Origin: Albugo candida
Lineage: Eukaryota
Assembly (NCBI GenBank): GCA_040437565.1
Contig: JBDOQK010000065.1
Span: 62,001-126,000 of the forward strand
Length of the DNA: 64,000 nucleotides
Direction of reading: 5' to 3'
The position numbers were made by a program, and so were the translations under genes. The notes under the pieces are model-generated. The model was not told where the DNA came from, ran no database searches, and worked only from the letters and a program-made list of their open reading frames with translations. Below, in pieces: positions 10,900-21,500 of the stretch (its first letter is position 1; each line of letters opens with the position of its first letter).

Positions 10900-12807
10900 T
10901 TAATTCTGTTTCTGGTCATGTTTCTGCATTCGGAACCGCAGCGCGCGATACAAAATATGAAGAAACAAAAGTGTCAGCATGAAGGCCATAGTAAAGACCA
11001 AGACGGATTGTGAAACGATTTCCTCATATCCCGCTTGAACCCTCGTGTCATTACTCTGTAATTCCACTCCCAACGGCGACGCTGTTGGTTCTATTTGATA
11101 GCAAGTGGAGCCCCTCGAACCATGATCACAAGCACAAACGCCATTGATGCAATCTCCACGATGATTGCAGTGCGCACGGATCATACAGATGGGAACACTT
11201 TCCATCATCATCATTTCCATATCATTGGAATACGCTCTCGACAAAGATTTAATATATCGATCCGCAGCGTAATCATATTCAGACATTGGATGATTCCCAT
11301 ACTGAAAATGGTGATTATCCATGGATGGATACACCATTTGGAATGTCCCGCGTCGGGCGTACTCGTGCGCAAATTTGTATATTTGATAGCCTACGTGGGG
11401 AGGAAACCATCCTGGACACAAATAGCAGCTAGTATCCCACGCAAGCTGTGTGTTCGAACATCTTTGGGCACAAAAGTCTGGGGTGTGTGGGCGATTCAAA
11501 AAGGATTGCGTGGTGGGAATCGCTTGCGGATGAACACCGAGTAAGTGAAGTAATTGCTCGGTCAAAACTCTGTAGTAGTTTGACTCTTCCAAGTGCTCGG
11601 GGCTCGAGGCTTCCAAAATTGGGTCGGAGATAATTTGAATCAATTTTGGAGAGCCTTGACGATTTATCACAAATTCAAATCTGAAGATTTCAAAAAAACT
11701 ATCTTTCAGACAATCTGACCGATCTTGGATAGAATCATTCAACATTTTGCTTTTACGACGTAGCTTTTGAAGACTGTCGATAAATACGCTTTCTGTGCTC
11801 ACAATTGTATGAATTATCGCATCCTCCATCTCTTCCTCAAGTTGTGACGTGTCCAAACCTCGCAAGCTCAAGTAGATTTTGACTATTTCCCACATGTCGG
11901 GAATATCGCTCGTTATGGACTCTAATGGCGCCATATCCTCGTTCAGTTTAATGAGATCAGGAAATTCCCATGGCGTTGTGTATGCTTCCGAGGTATCGTA
12001 AACATTTCGTGGTGCAGAGGCGTTTAATATGACCGGGTATGGCTCCTTAGCGATACGAATAGCTGCTTCCGGGTACATGTAAATCCTCATGGGTTGCAAG
12101 GACGTGATAGTCACATACATTCCTACATCAAACTTGTACCCATCCAGTAAATAAGGTTCAATATAGTGCCTGACGTCCACCATTGCATTTTGATTGTCCA
12201 ACAGTCGAGCAGCATCTCTCTTATCAAAAATCATCGACCATGGCTCCATTTTATTTCTGTTTCGCGATACGTTACGCACCATATAGCGATTGTTAAACAT
12301 TGGATCACGATACCGATCCTTATCAAACTTGCTATTGCTTCGATCAATCTGTTCAGCCACTTTCTTACTCGAGTAGTACTCCCCAGTGGCTATACTGCTG
12401 AGAAAATGATCTCCCTGAAGCGTATGTCTCATACGTTGCCTCAACAAAGTTGCATTTTCCAAACTTTGAGAGCCTGGAAGTCGATTAAAGCGAAGATTGC
12501 ATTGATTCGGGAAGATCAGCATTTCATAAATCCGCGAGGGTGCGTTGCTCCATACGAGTACATTCTTTGTTTCGTTGAAGATAGCATCCCAATCATTGCG
12601 CTTCGATTTGGGATCATTCGGTGTGACATACCGCTGCACTCCCAATTTGAGAAAACTTTGCATCAGAAGCGAAGTGTCGTTCACATCAGAAAAGTACACA
12701 TAAGATGTATTGTCACCAAACACCAAAGCGATAGTGCTGGATGGTAAGCTCAATAGAAAGAAAACGACTCCAACACAATTGCACTTGCGAGCTTTTGAAC
12801 ATTCCAT
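10900..12807 (-). CDS. Signal peptide + tubulin-tyrosine-ligase-like domain + EGF-like domain + TM; probable pseudoenzyme
   Basis: TTL motifs NRLPGS, YIEPYLLDGYKFDVGMYVTITSLQPMRIY, FFEIFRFEFVI. EGF CNHRGDCINGVCACDHGSRGSTC. C-terminal TM VLVFTMAFMLTLLFLHILY. Confidence 0.8.
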   Translation of the reverse strand: MECSKARKCNCVGVVFFLLSLPSSTIALVFGDNTSYVYFSDVNDTSLLMQSFLKLGVQRYVTPNDPKSKRNDWDAIFNETKNVLVWSNAPSRIYEMLIFPNQCNLRFNRLPGSQSLENATLLRQRMRHTLQGDHFLSSIATGEYYSSKKVAEQIDRSNSKFDKDRYRDPMFNNRYMVRNVSRNRNKMEPWSMIFDKRDAARLLDNQNAMVDVRHYIEPYLLDGYKFDVGMYVTITSLQPMRIYMYPEAAIRIAKEPYPVILNASAPRNVYDTSEAYTTPWEFPDLIKLNEDMAPLESITSDIPDMWEIVKIYLSLRGLDTSQLEEEMEDAIIHTIVSTESVFIDSLQKLRRKSKMLNDSIQDRSDCLKDSFFEIFRFEFVINRQGSPKLIQIISDPILEASSPEHLEESNYYRVLTEQLLHLLGVHPQAIPTTQSFLNRPHTPDFCAQRCSNTQLAWDTSCYLCPGWFPPHVGYQIYKFAHEYARRGTFQMVYPSMDNHHFQYGNHPMSEYDYAADRYIKSLSRAYSNDMEMMMMESVPICMIRAHCNHRGDCINGVCACDHGSRGSTCYQIEPTASPLGVELQSNDTRVQAGYEEIVSQSVLVFTMAFMLTLLFLHILYRALRFRMQKHDQKQN

Positions 12808-12831
12808 TTTAATGAGAGCGCTCTATTAGGG

Positions 12832-15800
12832 TTACCCGGTCGTGTTGAACATTTGGACTTCTTGCGCGTTCATAAAAGACGCAAAATAAACCCAAACGGA
12901 GAAAAAGTTGCCGGGAAAAGGATGGACATGCACTGCCAATCCGAATTCCACGTCTTCTGTTTCTACAGTGTGTGTTCCCTACATGAAAGAAACATCAACC
13001 GCGCAAAAAAAACAACACGTACGAGTGTCATACCGTGCTTTTCACCGCTTTGATGATACTCTGCAGCTCTGCAAACGCGAAATGCTGCATTGTGCCGCTG
13101 ACTTGCAGCTTTTGTATACTCCTTAGATTATAAACCCATTGCATCGATATTGTAGCATCTGAAACAGTGTTTCTACATGATTTTTCCGCATCTACTAAGA
13201 ATGTGTATAATTCCGCACTTCTTTTTGCGTTCATCACAGTCGAAAAGCGCTCATTTCTCCATTTTCTTATCTCCATGTGCAAAATATCACAAAGCTGCGT
13301 CTCAAGCTGCTTCTCATCATCCAATATTGGCGAAAATTGCAATGTTGGACACTGTATCGGAGGCGGGAGGCCCGTAGGCAACGAATCCGACCGTGAAGTT
13401 GATGAAGGAAACAATGCTTTCCAGCTAAGATCATCATTCTCAATATCCCAGCTCCAATTTTTCAAACACGAGGCGTCCAAAGGCTGCAAGTTGGCATATA
13501 CATTCCGACTAGAGACAAGCATCGCGATATCAATGGGTGGATTGAGGTCATCTTCGTCGGACATGATAGCAGCCTGATTTGCATCGATGAGCCATACGCG
13601 CGGATGAGGAGAAATACGACGTCGAAGGACAAAAACGGCTTTTCCTTTAGAAATCCCATTCCCTAACGCTAGATAATTTCGATACGAGTGCCCCGAATAC
13701 TCCAAATCGTACCATGATAGGAAATTGCAAAGTAGGACCGCATGATCTTGCATGTTTCCCGCTTGTAGATCTAAGAACTCATGTGATGAAAGCCAGATAT
13801 CGTCCCAGGAACCTCGTTGGTACGATGAGTACTCCGCCAGCGATGGAATCATCCGAACATACCAAAGAATTCGCTGCAAAACACTCGTTTGCGTACTGCG
13901 AGCTGACTGAATGAGAAGCTGAGGCGGTGTCATCGGAAGAAGAAACTGTGTCATCAATGCCGTTTTCCCACTTGCAGTAAACGCAAAGGGATCAAAGCAG
14001 CGATATTTTGTGGACCCGCTACTACCCTCCACGCTCTTTCTCCATGAATCCGTCCAATTATGCAAGGAAGTAAGGACTTGTCTTCGAGTACTCTGACGAT
14101 GAGACGGTAGTAATGGGTCTACTTCCAACGTCAGGCTCAGGAAAGGTGCTGTGCTCGATTCATTCATGGATTCGATCTCCTCATCGCGAGTTACTTGCGA
14201 CTCACTTTGTCGAATTCGTTTCGTGAAAAAAGACTCGGTCTCTGATACATCCGATTCAGTACTAGATCGCTGAGCCTGGGACAACGATGTCAGATTAAGA
14301 TATCCCAAATGAAGCCTTGGCGTATCAAGTCGTATCGTCACGTCCACTAAGCCGTTCCGCTGGTATACTGCTGAGAATGGGATTTCCAGCGTGCCAACAA
14401 GTCGACTTTCACGAATAAATAGCTCAGATGTCGGTTGCTTGTCGCTGAATTTACGAACTGGTACCGCTACGGATGCTGTGACCTGATCAAAGACACGCAC
14501 GTGAATCGTATCCGTCAATTGAGAAATGGACTCGGGAGAAAAATCATTGTGAGGCGGCTGAAGAGAAAATGTAAGCATTTCGAGCCAAACTGGATGAGAA
14601 GATGCTCTTGCGAATTCCGCAGTGTTTCGAAAGTCAGTGTCAACATCGATGGTTTCTGAAACAGAAGCACATGAAGTGCGTATCCTTCTTCCCTGAAAAG
14701 CGACCTCGACATAGTAATGGCTCTCACATTCAAGCTGAATCAGATGAGAATTGGTCTTGCCATCGGGATCGGAACGTCGATGGAATGGAGCTCGTTTGGA
14801 TCGCTTCTTGCTTGTCAAGGAGGTAAAAGACGAAATTCGAATTGGAATATTGATTCCTTCCCGTACTTGGATATGTAGACTACATTGATTAGCCGGTTGA
14901 TGCAATACGAAAGGCTCCGACCGCCTTCGTTTCTGAGGATTGAGACGTCTTCGGCGCGAGAAGAGGCTTCTGAACAGTGATTCCCAGTCGAGCAAACTCG
15001 TGGGAAATTGTGGTAGTGGTGTCTCTCGAACGATACTTTGTAACGAATGCACTCTTTCACGAACAATCTCTGGCTGTGATGCGCCTTTTCCACTTTCAAT
15101 GACGCTTTCCAGGAACTGCTGAACCTTCCAAGATTTTTGTTGACTCAGCCGTTCAACCAGAGGCAAATCGGCTTCTTCCGCTTGTTGTTGTAGCACTTTG
15201 TACGTCAATGCCTTCCAATCTGGACGTAATAACGGGAGATACTTTTCTTTGCAGACAATTTCCGCGTCAAAAAGCGGAATTGGATCCTTAAGCCGCTTCA
15301 AAATATCTTGTGGTGTCATTCGTATTGGGAGTAATGGGATATCACCGTTTAATTGCCACAGGTCTCGCTCATTCATCGGATACGCGCTGGTCCCATAGTG
15401 ATGCATTAGCATTTGGCTTCTCATACGCAGCAGCTGATTTCTTTTCGTGAGAACAAAGGGTTCGTGTGCATGCTCCATCCGGCTATTTGGACGAATGGCA
15501 GCGTGTCGTAGAGATCGCGTACGAAAACTAACTCGATCGCTTTGAAGAGCTTCTGGTCGTGATTGCTGGTCCTTCAGAAAGTGTCTCGAACCGATGCGAT
15601 GTCCCACCAGCGGCTTGTACCAATTGGTCATGTTTTCATGAGGAGGCAACATGTTGGGCTCTATCAAAACAGAATTCTCTTCCATCATCCATCGCGTCTT
15701 CACGTGAACTCGGCCACTTGTATGTCGCTTTATCTCATCGTACTGAGAGAAATCAAGAAAGGAGGAGTGCCAGAGAGCTCGTGGGATTTCTTTGGAACAG

Positions 15801-17613
15801 CTAAATTGATACCATTCATCCGTCGGCTTTATTCTTTTACAAGCAGAGTCGTTCACGCTCTCTCCAATTGGGGATAGATGACCAGGAATGATAAGTGGTA
15901 TTCCGTTGGGCGTAAGAAGAGTGGACATGGCCATAGCCACATGGATGTTTGCTCTATTGCGGAGCAGGAAGCCGAGGAATCGTGAAGTCGACTGATATAG
16001 GAACATGGTCACGAGATTTGGGAATGTAGGCATTTGGACGCGAAATATGTGGCAAATGTCGACTTTGGAACTTTTGACCCGGTTGGCTTTGGTCCAAGCA
16101 ATGAGTTTGTTATCCGAGTACAGCACGATAAAGCATTGATATTGCGGTTTTTCCGATCCGCATAATGCAATGCGATAGTGAGCTTCTTGACGTGACGTTG
16201 TTCCAATGAGAAAACTCATTTGTTCATCGCTGGAAAGCTCATTTCCTTCTGGATACTCCTGATCCAGGTGGGATACCCAAGGAAGGATAATGATATGATT
16301 CAATGATGGAGAGTCTATCGAGTGTATCATCCCACGTAAAATATTGTCGGCGTCTTTGCCTTCTATCAGAGGGGGCAAAGACTGAATATACTCCAANNNN
16401 NNNNNNNNNNNNNNNNNNNNNNNNNNNNNNNNNNNNNNNNNNNNNNNNNNNNNNNNNNNNNNNNNNNNNNNNNNNNNNNNNNNNNNNNNNNNNNNNATCC
16501 GCATAATGCAATGCGATAGTGAGCTTCTTGACGTGACGTTGTTCCAATGAGAAAACTCATTTGTTCATCGCTGGAAAGCTCATTTCCTTCTGGATACTCC
16601 TGATCCAGGTGGGATACCCAAGGAAGGATAATGATATGATTCAATGATGGAGAGTCTATCGAGTGTATCATCCCACGTAAAATATTGTCGGCGTCTTTGC
16701 CTTCTATCAGAGGGGGCAAAGACTGAATATACTCCAATAGAGATGTCATTGTGTCGTGTAATGGAATCGAGTCTTCCCTTTCTGCGAGCCAATACGCCGA
16801 CATCTTGTGTCGTTTTGGTCCCTCTATCTTACTCAGCTCAAAACATTTCCCGAGTATGTAGTTGTAAAGTTGCTGGAGCTTTTTGATGTCATTCAAGGCG
16901 TCCACCGCCTCGTAGAAAGCGTACGTTACTCCTTGCAGATCAGAGGCCGGCTTCACGATCTGATGATGTAACACAGCCTGAATTCGTGAGAGGCGAAGCG
17001 TCCATGGTTGCCGAGAAAGAAGGCTTGCATACGAATGGTAGCATTCCATCAGCTCTGCAGCGAGGCGATCTTCCAGACTTATACAAGCGTGGTCATCGAA
17101 AACAAGCTCATCGAATCCAATCTCCAACAAGACCTCGTGGCCATTTTCCTCATGACTCCACCAGACGATTGGAACAGCAGCGCAGAGTGGGCTTGAACCC
17201 CCATGTGGGTACTGATAGCTTTCCGTGTGTAATCGCAGTGGCTTTGAGAGATTCTCTCGTGCGTTGCGCTCGTGCAGACGGGAAATTATATTCGGATGTA
17301 CATTTTCTAAGAGATTGGATCGACATCGCGTGCTCAGCCCAGCAGATGCGTCGTCTCGGCGTTGTGTTCGCCATTGCCTGCTTTTTGACAAAATCTGCGC
17401 TTTCGGATACATAATAGGCTGAACAGTAATGGACGGAGTCTCCAATTTGCCGAGCTCTTTCCGCGTGAGAAGCTGTAATCTTCTTTGTGACTCATAATCA
17501 CTCCCATTTCGCGAATCCTCCTCATTCCTAATCTCGAGATATCGCGCTTCATTCTCCTCACAAATAGGAAGTCGTGTTCTGCTGTTATCGGTGGCTTGGT
17601 CCCAAAGTCGCAT
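12832..17613 (-). CDS. CC2D2A: CC2D2A/MKS6-like ciliary transition-zone protein
   Basis: C2 domain (LHIQVREGINIPIR...YVEVAFQ...HPVWLE), CEP76-like module (WYVRMIP, DIWLSSHEFL..AGNMQDHAVLLCNFL), and a final exon VEFGLAVHVHPFPGNFFSVWVYFAS ending at TAA 12832-12834. Crosses the gap at 16397-16496; start uncertain. Confidence 0.85.
16156..16737. other. Scaffold gap (16397-16496) with artefactual duplicated flank
   Basis: 16156-16396 recurs at 16497-16737; merging the copies restores one CC2D2A reading frame. Confidence 0.9.
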
Positions 17614-17720
17614 CAAATGTCCCCCTTCCAAGCGTCACAAGATTAAAGGACGCCATTTAAACCTCCAATTCTCCAGTGTCTACGACCGAGCTGCGAGGTT
17701 CCTGTAGCGTGAGATTCACA

Positions 17721-18482
17721 ATGGATCCATCGACCATGTTGCTCGGTCATACGCTACCGCAATTAACTGGCGAATCCCAGTTCGGTCAGATCGCAATAAA
17801 CGATTATCTGGCAGATTTTTGTGGGCTCATTGTAACATTCCCAAGCTCCCATCATCCTGTTTGGCTATCGGTACACACTTTCTTTCCTGCACGTACGTCA
17901 TTTGCAATAAATCAGTGCATTTAGGAGCTCGGTATTCTGCAAAAGTTATCATGTCAATTTGAAGCTCGTCAATGTCGCGTTGTGGGTCTCCATATCGCAA
18001 CATTGGTCCAACAGCGTCAGTTCCTACAGCATGTCAATGACACCCATAAAGCTCAGCCAAATTTCCCAATTATCGCAGACGCAGATGCGCATTTATTTCA
18101 CAGACTTTGTTTATGTCAGGAAAACGCAGCCGAATGCGTCGCAGATGTGTACTCCTTACAGTTTTCTGCAACAATTCTGATCGATTTGAATCACATCATT
18201 CAGAGCATTTCGTATTACCCGATATCAACGGGTCGAAATTTCTACGAAACACTACGTTTTGTGGACGCACTTGAGCTTGCGAATTCTCACCGCGTCGTGA
18301 CGCCGTGCAATTGGAAAATGAACGATGATGTATTCATCGATCCGCTACTAACAAATTCAGATGCCAGAGCACTTTTCCTTCAAGGATATCATGAAATTCA
18401 GCCCTATTTACGTCTTACAAGCTCCACAGCACTCGAACAATACGATGCTTACTATGAAGAAAATGGAGAAAAACAAGTCTAA
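17721..18482 (+). CDS. 1-Cys peroxiredoxin (Prx6)-like protein lacking the peroxidatic Cys
   Basis: Intron 17871-17924. Motifs FPIIADAD, YYPISTGRNFYETLR, VVTPCNWK and PYLRLT match Prx6, but the active site reads HPVWLSE. Confidence 0.8.
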
Positions 18483-18508
18483 TGTATACCACAGTTGGAA
18501 ATAGTGCA

Positions 18509-21500
18509 CTAAGGCTTTGGTAGATTCTCAGTCCGACCGTAACGATGCGCAAAGTGTTGTTGTTGCTGTTGTTGTTGCTGTTGCTGTTGTTGCTGTTGGT
18601 GCATCATCTGTAAATGCTGCTGTATAGCTACTTGCTGGAGTTGAAGTTGCTGTTGATGTTGATGTTGGTAATTTGTTGAAGTTACTTGCGGATGGACCTG
18701 ATAATGCATTTGTTGTGAATGCTGTTGTGCGAGTTGCATGTTTGGCGTATAACGAGCCACATTAGCTGCCATATCAATCGCTTCTCGACGTGCTTGTCGC
18801 GCTTCTTGTAATGCTCTAGCAGCAACAGCAGCGGCTGCTGCAGCTCGTGCAGCTTCTTCTTCCGCCCTTCGAGCTAGAAACTCTTTCTCCAATGCCGCTC
18901 GACGCAGAATCTCTGCTTCTTGCATTTGTTGATGGAACGTCCACATCATTTCTGGTTGATTGTATTGCTGTGAAGTCGAGGTGACTGGTGTCGATACATT
19001 TGTCATCGAAGTGCCTGTACTTATGCCTGAGACCATCGACAAAGAGCCCAATTGACACGCCCTCGAATTACTTCGCTGAGATGTGTCCTCATGTCGCGAC
19101 GTTGGTATCCGATTTTCCAAAGCTCCCGGTAGCATTTCTGATGTCACCGCAAGCCCGGAGCCCGGGCTATTGTGGCGCTGTCCATTCGATTGCGTGGAGG
19201 ATGAGGGATCTTTCGAGACTCGATTTTTGTGCATACGAGCCATCAGTGAAGTGGTTGGGCTCACGAGTTGCCCGGTGTCAGCTTCTTCCCTCTGCGTCAC
19301 GATCACGGACATGCGGGGAGATGACGGTGGATTCCATGCGGTATTTTGCGTCAGAGACTCTCTCTTTGGTGTCACAATGATTCTTGGCGAGTCGGATTCA
19401 TTGAGAATGGAGGAAAACGACATTCTACTCACTAGTTTCGGATGTGCCATTGGAACCGACTTGACACGCTTTGGATTCGAGAATGTTTCGCGTGGATGAT
19501 TCGGGTCGGTTTCTGCTGCTTGCATCACCATCGCGGACGTGTAGTTGACGTCGCTTTTCTCCGATACGGTTCCATTGTTCTCTTGCACCGCTTTTTCCCG
19601 AGTCAGATCGATCAGAGAAGAATGACTGGTCTCAGACTTGGATCCATTCGTAAACGACTTGGCAGTAGCTCGAAAGATCCCTTTGGATTCAGTTCTGGTC
19701 TGCATATCGGCGTTCGGAGGGGTACAAGTCACAGGAACAGAATGCACACTCATCGTCTGACGATTACGATCCGACAGGGCTTGCGCTTGCATGGAAGGAT
19801 GCATGACCCAATTCGGCTGCTGGATCGACTGATTATGCGCCACTTGTAATAATTGTGGCTGAAAAGCAAGTCCATGCTGATTCCTCAGTAATTGCACCAA
19901 TCCAGGTGACGTCGCCGCGTCAGGAAACACATTCTCGCCTTGGTACATGACACTTTTTTCAGAATCCATCGACTGACCGAATGAGGTACTCTTCTGCTGC
20001 TGAAATTGCATCATTTGAATCTGATGCTGCATCGTTAGCAGTTTGAGATATCGTTCTGAATTGGAATTTTCGGCATCTGTTTGCATCGACTGAGTCAGTG
20101 TGTGATTCCCAAGCGGAGCGCTCACTGCTTCCACGCGACCATCTGAGCTCTGTTTCGTATCCGTCTCCACAGGTTGCGTTCGACTCGAGTCATTCTCGCG
20201 AGATGTATCATTGGAGGCAACTGTTTCTGGTGACTCCACACCGATATCCGATAAAGCTTCCTCCGAATTGTTTGCTCCCTCCACACTTCGTCGCTTCAAA
20301 AGGTCCTGCAAACCCAATCGATTCTTATAGTTCTGATAATAATTTTTGATTTGCGCAGCTGTTTTCGTCGGAATCTTTTGTGTCAGCGCATTCCAATCCT
20401 TTCCAAATTGTGCGAAGAATTGCAAGAAATCAGCTTTCTCGGTCTCTGTCCATTTGTGAACGACACGTTTGGGATGTAAAGCGCTGCTTGGTGTGACGTT
20501 ATCTTTGGTTCCATCCTGAGATCCCAAGTACACATTGCCGACATTACTCCATCGGGGTAGCGATTTCGAGTCATTTCCTGGAGAACCACCGCTAGGACGA
20601 CGACACGTTGGCGTGCCAGCAAACGATTTGGCCCGCTTCATTCCAGAGAGTGTCACTTTCCCGTTGACATCGATCAACGGTATGGAGATCCGAGGACATG
20701 CGCGCGTCGTACTGGCCTTCTTTTTGCCGGCCAGGGTCGCATTGGCAGATAACGATGTATCGACAGTCGAAAGACAAAGATCGGTAGGCAATGTGTCGTT
20801 AATTTCTTCAGCTTGCTTTGGTTTAGGTGGTGGAAATTCTTCATCCTGAGTCTCCAAGCAATTCAAATCTTTCTCGGTCATGATCTTATTCTCGGCATTC
20901 TGACAAGGATCAAAATCCTGCTTCTCATCGTCCTGAGCTTCCGGTGTGGGATCGTATTCTGTGCTGTATACATTATCGCCTACGACCTGTGTGAATTTCA
21001 GCAGAAATGGCTTTTGTGATGGCGCTGAATCGCCAATAAAATCCTGCGACCAGAGTTTCGAATAAAGATCCAATTTCGCGTTCACAGCATCTAAAGAAGT
21101 TCCATCTTGTCGACTGCCCGCTTTTTTGCATACAACTTTTGGTTCCGATAACTCTGCGGCAGGTTCGTTCTGATTGCCGTCATTTTCATCCGATTTGCGT
21201 GCGTGATTAGGACACGCTTTGGTAGTGCCAACGTTATCCATCGACGGCTTGGCAAGCGCCAGACGCAGGACGCTCATATCCGTGCTTTTGGCGATTTCCT
21301 GAAGCAGTCGAAGAGCACCTTTGGATCCAAGTATGTTGTCAGCGGCTTGGTGTGACCGAAAATTGGCACTTTGAAGCAGTCCACTTCCCAGTCCTTCCGA
21401 CATGCTGACGCCAAGACAGATCGAAGCACACGCACTTAGAATCCAGCAATTCCATGTGTTCTTCGAGCCCGCACCACGTCTTCGCAGCTGTTGTTCACGT

